The position numbers and the translations under genes were made by a program. The notes beneath the pieces were generated by a model. That model did no database searches and was not told where the DNA came from. It was given only the letters and a program-made list of their open reading frames with translations. A stretch of DNA of 33,585 nt from a virus (lineage: Duplodnaviria > Caudoviricetes): the IMG/VR virus record IMGVR_UViG_3300030376_006181, positions 1 through 33,585 of that record. The stretch is one strand, 5' to 3'. Position 1 is the first letter of the stretch; every line of letters starts with the position of its first letter. This document shows positions 1-8,309 of the stretch, in pieces.

Positions 1-170
1 GCATTAACATCTAATTGTTTTTCTGCAAGCTTTTGTTGTAAGCGTTGCATTAGAATTTTTTTATCTAATTTTTCTTCCTCTGATGTATGAAGTTCATCGA
101 CAACTTTTGAAATAGTAGCTAAGGCTCCACCTTTTCCACCACCAAGTAAGCCACCGAGTAGATTAAGCAC
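1..170 (-). CDS. Holin, GTA-type 3TM family (N-terminal part, truncated by window edge)
   Basis: Read manually; not in the ORF track. GTG start at 170 gives MLNLLGGLLGGGKGGALATISKVVDELHTSEEEKLDKKILMQRLQQKLAEKQLDVNA..., matching the 'VVD..hTS.EEK...Q.eVN' pattern of GTA-type holins. Coupled to the upstream stop. Confidence 0.7.
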   Translation of the reverse strand, partial: MLNLLGGLLGGGKGGALATISKVVDELHTSEEEKLDKKILMQRLQQKLAEKQLDVN

Positions 171-304
171 TATGCTGCTCCACCTGTCATCCAGCTAAGT
201 ATCCAGATAACAATGATCGCTACTATAGCGGCCTTAATCCAGTCCTTCATTTTCCACTCTGACCACTCTTTAATATGTGACCATAGATCTTTTAGTAAGT
301 TCAT
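170..304 (-). CDS. Small membrane protein (44 aa), possibly a lysis accessory
   Basis: Read manually: MNLLKDLWSHIKEWSEWKMKDWIKAAIVAIIVIWILSWMTGGAA. GGAGG RBS and one C-terminal hydrophobic helix; directly upstream of the holin. Confidence 0.7.
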   Translation of the reverse strand: MNLLKDLWSHIKEWSEWKMKDWIKAAIVAIIVIWILSWMTGGAA

Positions 305-335
305 AGAACCTCCTTTGTTAAAGTAGCGAAGTATA

Positions 336-521
336 CTATTTTACGCCTTTGAAAGCTACTTTTTTAATTTGCATTCTACTTGTTTGTCCTTGAGGTCCGC
401 TTCCTTTGTTATCTTTAACAACAAAAGCAGGAAAAACTTGTTCCGCTGTTGAAGCTACTTTAGTATTTGGAAAGGGGTTTTTCTGAGGGACTTTGGTCAT
501 TTTTGCATTTTTAAATTTCAT
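336..521 (-). CDS. Small basic hypothetical protein
   Basis: 61-aa Lys-rich ORF with an AGAGGA RBS, in the portal operon. Confidence 0.7.
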   Translation of the reverse strand: MKFKNAKMTKVPQKNPFPNTKVASTAEQVFPAFVVKDNKGSGPQGQTSRMQIKKVAFKGVK

Positions 522-522
522 A

Positions 523-648
523 TTATCCTCTCTTTTTAGCCTTAGCTATACCACCTTTTTTCATAAAGCCCATTTTATTACGAACGGGTGTAGGTAGTTT
601 TTTAAGTCCTTTATTAGATTTAGGTACTGGTTTTAATCTTTTTTTCAT
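523..648 (-). CDS. Small basic protein (41 aa) with MKKGG motif
   Basis: Read manually: MKKRLKPVPKSNKGLKKLPTPVRNKMGFMKKGGIAKAKKRG. TGATG overlap with the upstream gene. Confidence 0.65.
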   Translation of the reverse strand: MKKRLKPVPKSNKGLKKLPTPVRNKMGFMKKGGIAKAKKRG

Positions 649-869
649 CAATGATACGTTACATTATTTTTTTCAATTAAAAAAGATTTATTTATCATAT
701 CAAATAATATTTCTGCTTGATCTGCTGGCATTTCCTCATGAAGCAGTATTTTAGAAACATTTATCAAAGAAGTTGCAAATTCAACAGCATCTAGTTTTTC
801 AGTATCTATGCGGTCACGAACACTTCTATAGATATCGTAAGCATTGTTTTTAGGAGCGTCTTGCGGCAT
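648..869 (-). CDS. Hypothetical protein
   Basis: 73-aa ORF overlapping the portal 3' end and coupled to the next gene. Confidence 0.7.
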   Translation of the reverse strand: MPQDAPKNNAYDIYRSVRDRIDTEKLDAVEFATSLINVSKILLHEEMPADQAEILFDMINKSFLIEKNNVTYH

Positions 870-3243
870 TCATTTTCTCCAAAGTTACAGCGGCTCTAAG
901 TTGAGCGATATCCTCAGTAGAGTCAATCTTTTCATCCTGTAGCTTTTCTTTTTGTTTTACTTTTAATAAATCTAAAGCCATCTGATTTTCATCTGATTTT
1001 TCTTTTCGTCTTATCTCTGCTGCTTGAAGATCTAATTCTTTTTTGCGCAATTCAACAAGACTGTCTTCACCCATACCTTCCATCATTTCTTGTTCTTCGG
1101 CAACCATGTTATTTGTCATCTCAGCAATTTGTTTTGCAATAGCAGCTTCCATCTGCATCTGCATCTGTTGCTGTGCTTGAGGATCTTGTTGCATCTGTTG
1201 CATCTGAGGAGCCATTTGTTCCATCACTGCTTGTCTTGCCATTAATGAAATATGTTCAGAAATATGAGCTTGTAAAATACTCATTACAGGTAAATTACTT
1301 TTAACTAACATGCTTGACATGAAAGCACGATGAGCATCAATATGAGCTTGATGATCTTGACCCTCGAATGCTTTGAGAGGTTTTCCTAACAATGAAATAG
1401 AATTCTCGAGTCCTGGATCTGTTGGTTGTGGTTGAGGCGGGGGAGGAAGAAGCGCCTCAATATTATCCACTCCCAATGCAAGATACATACGGCGGTACGC
1501 TTCTTGCAAATTATGCTGCTCAGGATTACTCTGAGCTAGTTGTAACTGTAACTGTGCCATTGCCACTCTTTGTGACATAGAAAACATATTTGGATCAGAC
1601 ACAGGAACGACATCTATCCTGTCGTCAAAATCTGTTTGTTTAACTGTCTGGTTTCCACCAACAACTTGATAAGGATATTCAGGTGGCAGGCTTGTACCAA
1701 AAACTTTTGCTAATAATTTAAATTCTATTTTTTGTGCGTAATGTAATCTCTTATGGATAGCGCTCATAACTTTTGCGCCTTGTTCCATCATTGCTAAGGT
1801 TGTACCAACTGGAGCATTGGTATTTGTTTCTGCAATCTTCATGTCAGCCACGGCAGCGAAACGCTTACCCGCGTCTACACAAAAACCTAAGAGCTGGAAT
1901 AATACTTGGTCGGGTCCTTTATAAGGTAAAGGTAATAGTCCTTGGCGCAAGTCTCCACCCGGTGCATCCACGTCTCTAAATTCTCCTGGCTGTAAAGGAC
2001 TGTCGTCATCTCTGATACGTAATCCTCTTGCCTTAAAGCCTGCTGGCAAGTTTGATAATGTTCCCGCATCAATAAGTTGACGGAGCGTGGCAGTAGCCGT
2101 TCGTGAGAGGCCCCCCAACATATGGATAAGACCAAAACCATAAAAGCCAAGACCAGGAAGGAACTTGTAGTGAACGAAATATTGTATTTTCTTTTTAAGA
2201 GGGTCATCCTCTTTGTAGTTTCTGTAGATTGATAATACTTTTCCTGAGCCTTCATCGATTGTAACAACGTATGGCAGCTCTATACCTGTTTCTTCCCCAG
2301 TTTTCGCGTCTTTATCTTCGAACCCTGGTATGTCCAAATTGCAATGTATTTCATACAAAGTATATGCATTATCTGCATAATCTGTCTTTTCTACACCCTC
2401 TATCCTGTCATATTTTGCCTGAATTTTGCTCTCTTCGTCACTCTCTTCTACCTCAATATCCCTATAAAACCCTGCATTTTGTAGTTTTCTAAGCTCATTT
2501 CGGTTCATTTTAACAATTTGACCTACTCTTTCCGCTGTTTCTAGGTCTGTTGCCATGTAATTAACGACTAAATCCTCACTTGGAACAAATTTTGACACAC
2601 ATTGTGCCTTACCACCGTCATAATACACCTTTTTAAAAGCAGATCCTGCTAAAGGTAGGTGAAATAACAACTGATCCATGTCTGGAGTGTAGTCTTCCAT
2701 GACTGTAGTGATCTGATAATTCATAAAATCTTGTACTCTGTCTGCTTGCGCGATAACTTCTGGTGTTTCTACCCCTAAAATTGACGTTTTTACTGGTCCT
2801 GATGGAGGTAATAATTCTTTAAACGCTTGCGCTTGAAATTGTGTGACAGATTCCGCTAATAATGGGTGTGTTACACCGCTTGCGCCTTGAAAAGGCTGTG
2901 ATCTTTCATCATATTTAAAGCCTAAAAGGTCTAATCCCTTTGTATAAGCGTCTTCCCACTCGGACCGTGAATCGCGGTCCATCTTAAAATCACCAACTAA
3001 GTCGGTAGATATAGAATTTAAATCGTCATCTGAGAGAATGTCTGCCAAGTTTTCGTAAAAATCTCCTGTTGATCCTGCCTTATTTGGGTCAAAATCAATA
3101 GTAGCGCCGCCGTCTTCTTCTTGAATAATATCGATGTCTGGGTCTTGTCTAGCCTGCTCAATGAAAACTTCTGTGTCCGCGTCGCGCGGTCCATCAATTT
3201 CTCTAAAGTTTGGTATTGGTTGTATCTTTTTATCAACGGCCAT
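850..3243 (-). CDS. Portal protein (podovirus-type, long Q/M-rich C-terminal coiled-coil)
   Basis: 797 aa, downstream of terL. Motifs HPLLAESVTQFQAQA, LPLAGSAFKKVYYD, YGFGLIH, RQLIDAGTLSNLPAG and PGEF are typical of this portal family. Confidence 0.9.
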   Translation of the reverse strand: MAVDKKIQPIPNFREIDGPRDADTEVFIEQARQDPDIDIIQEEDGGATIDFDPNKAGSTGDFYENLADILSDDDLNSISTDLVGDFKMDRDSRSEWEDAYTKGLDLLGFKYDERSQPFQGASGVTHPLLAESVTQFQAQAFKELLPPSGPVKTSILGVETPEVIAQADRVQDFMNYQITTVMEDYTPDMDQLLFHLPLAGSAFKKVYYDGGKAQCVSKFVPSEDLVVNYMATDLETAERVGQIVKMNRNELRKLQNAGFYRDIEVEESDEESKIQAKYDRIEGVEKTDYADNAYTLYEIHCNLDIPGFEDKDAKTGEETGIELPYVVTIDEGSGKVLSIYRNYKEDDPLKKKIQYFVHYKFLPGLGFYGFGLIHMLGGLSRTATATLRQLIDAGTLSNLPAGFKARGLRIRDDDSPLQPGEFRDVDAPGGDLRQGLLPLPYKGPDQVLFQLLGFCVDAGKRFAAVADMKIAETNTNAPVGTTLAMMEQGAKVMSAIHKRLHYAQKIEFKLLAKVFGTSLPPEYPYQVVGGNQTVKQTDFDDRIDVVPVSDPNMFSMSQRVAMAQLQLQLAQSNPEQHNLQEAYRRMYLALGVDNIEALLPPPPQPQPTDPGLENSISLLGKPLKAFEGQDHQAHIDAHRAFMSSMLVKSNLPVMSILQAHISEHISLMARQAVMEQMAPQMQQMQQDPQAQQQMQMQMEAAIAKQIAEMTNNMVAEEQEMMEGMGEDSLVELRKKELDLQAAEIRRKEKSDENQMALDLLKVKQKEKLQDEKIDSTEDIAQLRAAVTLEKMNAARRS

Positions 3244-3464
3244 TATGTAATCCTTGTTTTAGTTCGTTTACCTTTTTTCATTCTTTTAAATCCACGAGGC
3301 GTGATTAATCCACCACGTTTCCCTTTTCGCGGTTCAACGAGCGTTGGATTAATACTAAATAATTCTGATTCAATTTCTATAATTTTATCATCATCATCTC
3401 CTGAAATAGCATCGCTCAATAAATCTAAAAGTTGAGCTACTCTTGATGATCCTTTTTCTGCCAT
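3243..3464 (-). CDS. Small hypothetical protein (acidic N-terminus, basic KRGG C-terminus)
   Basis: 73 aa with a GGAGG RBS, between terL and portal; TAATG coupling to the portal. Confidence 0.75.
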   Translation of the reverse strand: MAEKGSSRVAQLLDLLSDAISGDDDDKIIEIESELFSINPTLVEPRKGKRGGLITPRGFKRMKKGKRTKTRIT

Positions 3465-3472
3465 GTGGCCTC

Positions 3473-4915
3473 CTAATAATAATTTCGTTGCATTCCTATT
3501 GCTAATTGCTCCGGTTCATAATCTTCTGGGTGCACCACAAAATTACCTTGGCGGAACCTTAACATAGCTTGGGTCATGCTGTCTACTAAATCATCATGTT
3601 CCCCAAATGGAAAAGCCGCACACTCCTCCACCATCTCTTCTGCCCATCTTTCATCTGGACGCCATACCATGCCAGCTTCAAATAAAGGTGCAACAGAATT
3701 GACTCTAACGTGTTTATCATTTCCTTTGCTCGGTGTAAAGTTAACAACAGGAATTCCCATTGCACGTAGCTCATCTGTTAGTGGCATACCACTTGCTTTT
3801 GCTTCAATCAATACAGTTTCAGGGTCCCAATATTTATATTCTTCCATCGCTGTTTTTTTTAATTCAGGAAAATCCCATCTGCCTTTTTTACAATCCATTA
3901 GTATTGCACTAGGCTTATAAGAATTTTTTGGATAAAATATTCCCCAGGTTGATATTGCTGAAAAGTCGGCGGTCTCTTTTTTGCTGTAGGCGGTATCATA
4001 ACTTTGTATGATGTGTACCATTTCAGGCGGGTCCTCTTCTTCCCAAATCTTCCACCACTCTCTTTTAATAATGGAACCTTCTTCTGAAACAGGATTTTGT
4101 TGCCACTGTGCTTGCCATTTCTGCTCTGTCAAAGAAGCCTTAACACTTTCCAATTCTTCTAATTTCCAATACTGTGGCCAGATTGGCTCATTGCTTGGTA
4201 AAATAGCAGGAAACTCTACAACTTCCCATTGATCTGCTTTTGGTTCTGTTTGTGCTTTCATCAACTGACCAGTCAAATCTTTCGTAGACCAACGTGTCAT
4301 AACAATAAGAATTCTACCTCCTGGCTGTAAACGTTGTCTAGGACCAGAGGTATACCACTCATACGCACTATCCATTGCTGTCTCGGACAGGGCATCTTGT
4401 TCCGAATGAGGATCATCAATAATCAAGAGATCCGCACCACGGCCCGTGATTGCACCACCAACACCCGCAGCAAAATATTCTCCACCATAGTTTGTTTCCC
4501 AACGTCCCGCTGCTTTACTGTCTGCACTTAAGTTTACATTTTCAAAAACATTTTTATATTCTCCAGTTCCCATTAAGTTTCTAACCTTACGACCGAACCG
4601 GTAAGCGAGTTCCGCGGTGTGTGTTGTTTGTATAATTTTTAATTTAGGATTCATTCCCATCATGAAAGCAGGAAACAAGAATGATGCAAACTCTGACTTT
4701 GTATGTCTTGGTGGCATATTTACAATTAATCTTTTTATTTTACCGTCCGCTAGTTCTTGAAGCTTGGCGGCCGTTTTTGAGTGGTGGGGGCCTTTGACAA
4801 AATCTGGCCACATTACCCTAACAAAATTTAAAAAGTTATCTTGAGCTGCTGCTTGTAATTTTAATTCCTGTTCACGGAGCAACAGCTTTAATTCTTCAGC
4901 TGATGGTTTATTCAT
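3473..4915 (-). CDS. terL: Terminase large subunit
   Basis: Walker A-like MPPRHTKS, Walker B LLIIDDP, coupling motif MTRW, nuclease motifs QSYDTA, IEAKASG and HDDLVDS. Confidence 0.95.
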   Translation of the reverse strand: MNKPSAEELKLLLREQELKLQAAAQDNFLNFVRVMWPDFVKGPHHSKTAAKLQELADGKIKRLIVNMPPRHTKSEFASFLFPAFMMGMNPKLKIIQTTHTAELAYRFGRKVRNLMGTGEYKNVFENVNLSADSKAAGRWETNYGGEYFAAGVGGAITGRGADLLIIDDPHSEQDALSETAMDSAYEWYTSGPRQRLQPGGRILIVMTRWSTKDLTGQLMKAQTEPKADQWEVVEFPAILPSNEPIWPQYWKLEELESVKASLTEQKWQAQWQQNPVSEEGSIIKREWWKIWEEEDPPEMVHIIQSYDTAYSKKETADFSAISTWGIFYPKNSYKPSAILMDCKKGRWDFPELKKTAMEEYKYWDPETVLIEAKASGMPLTDELRAMGIPVVNFTPSKGNDKHVRVNSVAPLFEAGMVWRPDERWAEEMVEECAAFPFGEHDDLVDSMTQAMLRFRQGNFVVHPEDYEPEQLAIGMQRNYY

Positions 4916-5213
4916 TCCGTAACATTATCATACTCTCTGTATTTGTAAAACAGACTATAGGACTGTCGCCACAAAACTACGGGGCCTAAAAAGGGGGGCG
5001 GGGGGTCTTAAAAAAACATTTCGGATTTTGGGAATAGGCTGGGACTCAAAAGGGAGAAGGCAAGAGGAGGAAGAGAGCTGACCTATCCTCCCTGCTCTTT
5101 TCTTTTCACGTGAAAAGGATAGGGCAACGGATAAGATACGAAAATTATTTAAAAAAAGATTTAACAAGAGGGTTCAATCCCACGTATACATATTGCAAGT
5201 ATGCAACTCCTGT

Positions 5214-5245
5214 GAGCTAGTCAGTTATTTCATTCTGGCTAGCTC
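5214..5245. other. Stem-loop in the terL/early-gene intergenic region
   Basis: GAGCTAGTCAG-N10-CTGGCTAGCTC, an 11-bp stem with one G-U pair. Confidence 0.5.
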
Positions 5246-5290
5246 TAAAAACTTATCCACATTATTCGTAATAAAAGATAAATGAACTAT

Positions 5291-5324
5291 ATAAAAGATA
5301 ATCTTTTACATGTACTGGTATAAT
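5291..5324 (+). promoter_or_regulatory. Putative early promoter: extended -10 preceded by a palindromic operator-like site
   Basis: TGGTATAAT (TGnTATAAT) at 5316-5324 and the perfect inverted repeat TAAAAGAT-A-ATCTTTTA at 5292-5308. Confidence 0.55.
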
Positions 5325-5442
5325 TATATTCAAGCTTGGTTGGGCAAATGGTCTGACAACCTCGACACTCCGAAACAACAGTAGGGGACGAGGATACAGA
5401 TCTACCAAGGTTGAATACAACAACCGATTGAAAGGTACTCAG

Positions 5443-5655
5443 ATGAGCGAAAGCAATAATCTAGATATCGATCAGGTACTCAATAAGCTTGCTGAGCTAC
5501 TGGCTCAGAAGCTTGAAGAGAGGAAGAGCGACACTGCTTCTCTTCTCGATAGGGTAACTGACTTAGAGGATCGCATTGACGATTTCTCTGAGGACGATAT
5601 CCGTGATTGGATTAGCGATGCGATTAACAACGCTACGATCACGATTGAGTCGTAA
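5443..5655 (+). CDS. Small acidic coiled-coil early protein
   Basis: ATG at 5443 after a GAAAGG RBS; 70 aa, heptad-rich and acidic. Confidence 0.75.
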   Translation: MSESNNLDIDQVLNKLAELLAQKLEERKSDTASLLDRVTDLEDRIDDFSEDDIRDWISDAINNATITIES

Positions 5656-5665
5656 TTCTATCAAG

Positions 5666-5692
5666 AGGGGCGAGATGAGCTCGCCCCTTAAA
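5666..5692 (+). repeat. Intergenic hairpin repeat, copy 1
   Basis: AGGGGCGAG-ATGAG-CTCGCCCCT followed by TAAA. Confidence 0.8.
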
Positions 5693-5710
5693 CTCTTTAA
5701 GGAGTTCAAT

Positions 5711-6070
5711 ATGAAATACAAAGAACTTGTATTAGAAGCCCTTAAAAAGAATTTCAAGGATTTATCTGATAGCGGTCACGCTATCGAGGACAAAGATTAT
5801 TATGTTAATGATCTTGGTCTTCCAGAAGGATATGTTGATGAGTTCGTTACTCGTCATCATTCTTCTAAGGATAACCCTAAGGGGATGATTTTTAACGCAC
5901 AGGGCGAAAGGTTAGAATACCTTGACGGTGTTTATAACCTACAAATCCTTAAGCATATGGCTTGGATGTTAAACCCAAATAGTAAAGAGTACGAAGACGG
6001 TCTAAGCTCTTTGGGTCGCGGCTTCGAAGCTAGGCATTACCATAAGGCTATTGCCAAGGCTTTGGGTTAA
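5711..6070 (+). CDS. Hypothetical early protein (119 aa)
   Basis: ATG at 5711 after an AAGGAG RBS (MKYKELVLEALK...). Confidence 0.8.
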   Translation: MKYKELVLEALKKNFKDLSDSGHAIEDKDYYVNDLGLPEGYVDEFVTRHHSSKDNPKGMIFNAQGERLEYLDGVYNLQILKHMAWMLNPNSKEYEDGLSSLGRGFEARHYHKAIAKALG

Positions 6071-6078
6071 TCTTTTAC

Positions 6079-6106
6079 AAGGGGCCAGATAAGCTGGCCC
6101 CTTAAA
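6079..6106 (+). repeat. Intergenic hairpin repeat, copy 2
   Basis: AAGGGGCCAG-ATAAG-CTGGCCCCTT followed by AAA. Confidence 0.8.
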
Positions 6107-6127
6107 TCATTGATAAAGGAAATCATT

Positions 6128-6337
6128 ATGAAAAATAATGACGAACAAGCTACTTACAAACAGCTTGGTTATATCAATACAGCGTTAAGAAATCTGGAGG
6201 TCAAAGGGCTTCTAGATAGACTTGGCACTCGAAGAGATATTTATTCTCTTCCAATGTCCAAGAGAGACGCAAGGCTCATTATCGAAGATATCAAAGATAA
6301 CTTTGAGAATGACGAAATCTTTACCGACATAAACTAA
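6128..6337 (+). CDS. Hypothetical early protein
   Basis: ATG at 6128 after an AAGGA RBS; contains the 'ATxKQLxYI' pattern common in small phage proteins. Confidence 0.75.
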   Translation: MKNNDEQATYKQLGYINTALRNLEVKGLLDRLGTRRDIYSLPMSKRDARLIIEDIKDNFENDEIFTDIN

Positions 6338-6404
6338 TACCTGTCGGTTGGGTAGGGGGGGCGTTATTACGCCCCTTCATTACTTAACTAGAAAGGAAAC
6401 GACT

Positions 6405-6590
6405 ATGACTAAACTAGAGAAGGTGCAAGCGGAAAAAGAGCAAGCACTGATTTTATTAACGCAAGTTGTTGAAACTTACACCTTGCGCGATAAAGGCAAA
6501 ATTCAAGGCGCATATGTGTACAGCCGTGAATTACTAGACGAAAGAATTAATAAATTTTTTGAAAGGCTAGGTTTTAAAAATGTGGAATGA
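6405..6590 (+). CDS. Hypothetical early protein
   Basis: ATG at 6405 after GAAAGGA; preceded by the hairpin GGGGCGT-TATT-ACGCCCC (6358-6375). Confidence 0.7.
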   Translation: MTKLEKVQAEKEQALILLTQVVETYTLRDKGKIQGAYVYSRELLDERINKFFERLGFKNVE

Positions 6591-6666
6591 AAAAACACAA
6601 GCAATATTAATTATTCTTATCGGAGTATTCTGTATCGTGATGACGATACCGACATTTTTCTTATGA
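6580..6666 (+). CDS. Putative 28-aa membrane peptide
   Basis: Read manually: MWNEKTQAILIILIGVFCIVMTIPTFFL. Fills the gap and overlaps both neighbours. Confidence 0.5.
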   Translation: MWNEKTQAILIILIGVFCIVMTIPTFFL

Positions 6667-6854
6667 TGACATACTTTGATATAAAAATAAAAACATGGGA
6701 CGCAAACGAGCGTCCCATGAAAAAGCTATCCAAAGATGATATAGAAATGATTGTGTATCGAGTTAGAGAAGACTTAGCGGAAGGCGGGTCAATGGATACT
6801 CAAGGCGAAACGCATTTATTAACTTTCGATAATGGTGGCTTAACATCTAAATAG
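6663..6854 (+). CDS. Hypothetical protein
   Basis: 63-aa ORF with an ATGA overlap with the upstream peptide. Confidence 0.65.
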   Translation: MMTYFDIKIKTWDANERPMKKLSKDDIEMIVYRVREDLAEGGSMDTQGETHLLTFDNGGLTSK

Positions 6855-6855
6855 A

Positions 6856-6893
6856 GTAGGGGGGCTTATGCCCCCTTGCTACTATCATTTTTT
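6856..6893 (+). terminator. GC-rich hairpin at a convergent gene junction
   Basis: GTAGGGGGGC-TTAT-GCCCCCTTGC, with a T-run shortly after, between converging ORFs. Confidence 0.5.
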
Positions 6894-6928
6894 ATTACTA
6901 TCACGCTTTGTATCCGTTTTGTTTACGT

Positions 6929-7204
6929 TTAGCGTTTCAAAGAGTTTAACGCTTCATTCCAACCTTTAGTATACGCTTCATCCCAGCCTTCATAATCGTG
7001 CTGCTCGTCCAGGGCTCTATTATACGCCCTGATTAAATGAATCAAATGCATATCTAATAAGTTTATTTCCTTTTCCTTACTTCTCGATTTGTGTAAGTTT
7101 AGCGCCTGATCGTGCATATCACAAGGTATACCGCGCTGCTCGCTTTCAGGTTTGCCTAGATTATCCAGGGTATTTTCAACTTTTAATAATTCTCTTAATA
7201 TCAT
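6929..7204 (-). CDS. Hypothetical protein
   Basis: 91-aa ORF with plausible composition; motif 'H.S.SK...I.L.DMH..HL.RA'. Confidence 0.7.
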   Translation of the reverse strand: MILRELLKVENTLDNLGKPESEQRGIPCDMHDQALNLHKSRSKEKEINLLDMHLIHLIRAYNRALDEQHDYEGWDEAYTKGWNEALNSLKR

Positions 7205-7259
7205 ATTTTTTCTTTGTTAACGTTTAGCGCGCCCCGCTTACCGGGGCCCGCTTCATAAT

Positions 7260-7457
7260 TTATAAATCTTCTAGCATTCCTTCATAAATGTCCTGAGCAT
7301 ATCTATGCTCAACATAAAAGCAACGCTCATCAACTATTGACCTGGACCAATCATCAAACACAACGTTTTTTTGCCACCAGTCCAGGGCCGCCTCTGTATG
7401 CAATTTGAATTCAACTATTGAACCCTTGCTGCTTATGGCTGCATGATTTTTTAACAT
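7260..7457 (-). CDS. Hypothetical protein (65 aa)
   Basis: Likely start ATG 7457 after GAAAGGA (MLKNHAAISSKGSIVEF...VEHRYAQDI); the longer N-terminus in the track crosses the intergenic region. Confidence 0.7.
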   Translation of the reverse strand: MLKNHAAISSKGSIVEFKLHTEAALDWWQKNVVFDDWSRSIVDERCFYVEHRYAQDIYEGMLEDL

Positions 7458-7538
7458 TTTTTTATTCCTTTCTACTTGATTAATATATAAAAGACTATAA
7501 AGGATAATAAAACATTTAACAATAAGAAAGTGAAAAAA

Positions 7539-8174
7539 ATGTACACAATAAAAAAAGCTAAACAATTGACCGGCGGCGGAATTAGTAACTCTAACCGTAA
7601 AATGCCGGGTCACACTTACGGCCTGAGCGCGCTTGATTGTAAGACCGGGGAAAAGCTGCGGGGCGTTCCTGGTTCAGTGTGTTTTTTATGCTATGCAATG
7701 AAAGCTAATTATTTTTATCCAAGCGTAAAGACTGCACATGAAAGAAGGCTCAAGTCTATTAATAATAAAACCTGGACCGCGGCTATGATTCAATTAATTA
7801 CGCATTATGAAAAAAATTATTTTAGATGGCATGATAGCGGGGATATACAAACAATAGAGCACTTAGGCAAGATCTGCGCCGTAGCTGCAGGGACGCCCCA
7901 TATTAAACACTGGCTGCCAACACGTGAAGCAAAAATATTAAAAGATTATAAAGAAGCGGGCGGGGTGATCCCTGCAAACCTGGTTATACGCTTGAGCGCG
8001 ACTATGGTAAACGGGGTCCCGTCTAAAATTCATGATCATTCGTCAACGGTTCATACCGCCGGCGTTAAACCAATTGGTGAAGCTTGCAACGCGCAAAATC
8101 AGGGCGGCCAATGCCTGGACTGCCGCGCATGTTGGAACCCTGCAATTAAAAATATTTCTTATGAAGCGCATTAA
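7539..8174 (+). CDS. Gp88-like Cys-rich phage protein
   Basis: Motifs KMPG, C-x12-CxxCYA, RWHDSGD, WLPTRE, NLVIRLS and C-terminal C...CLDCRACW match the phage gene-product-88 family. Confidence 0.75.
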   Translation: MYTIKKAKQLTGGGISNSNRKMPGHTYGLSALDCKTGEKLRGVPGSVCFLCYAMKANYFYPSVKTAHERRLKSINNKTWTAAMIQLITHYEKNYFRWHDSGDIQTIEHLGKICAVAAGTPHIKHWLPTREAKILKDYKEAGGVIPANLVIRLSATMVNGVPSKIHDHSSTVHTAGVKPIGEACNAQNQGGQCLDCRACWNPAIKNISYEAH

Positions 8175-8271
8175 AATATTATTTGAATTCTGTATAATTA
8201 TAATCTTAATCTACTGGCTAATACTCAAACCGATATTTTGGATCATCGACAAACTTCAAGAGGGCGCCTAA
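8161..8271 (+). CDS. Small membrane peptide (36 aa)
   Basis: ATG 8161: MKRIKILFEFCIIIILIYWLILKPIFWIIDKLQEGA; overlaps the Gp88-like gene end. Confidence 0.5.
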   Translation: MKRIKILFEFCIIIILIYWLILKPIFWIIDKLQEGA

Positions 8272-8309
8272 GCGCTCATCAAAAAAAAGCTTTCTGAAAA
8301 ATAAAGTGT

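Noticed and set aside
1150-1225. Short tandem repeats (TGCATC / CATCTG)
   Set aside because: Explained by the Gln/Met-rich low-complexity segment of the portal C-terminus.
4955-5167. 70-aa minus-strand ORF
   Set aside because: TTG start, no clear RBS, and composition dictated by the G-run and purine tracts; likely spurious.
5351-5378. Hammerhead-like CTGACAA...GAAAC
   Set aside because: The core deviates from CUGANGA and the intervening sequence cannot form stem II.
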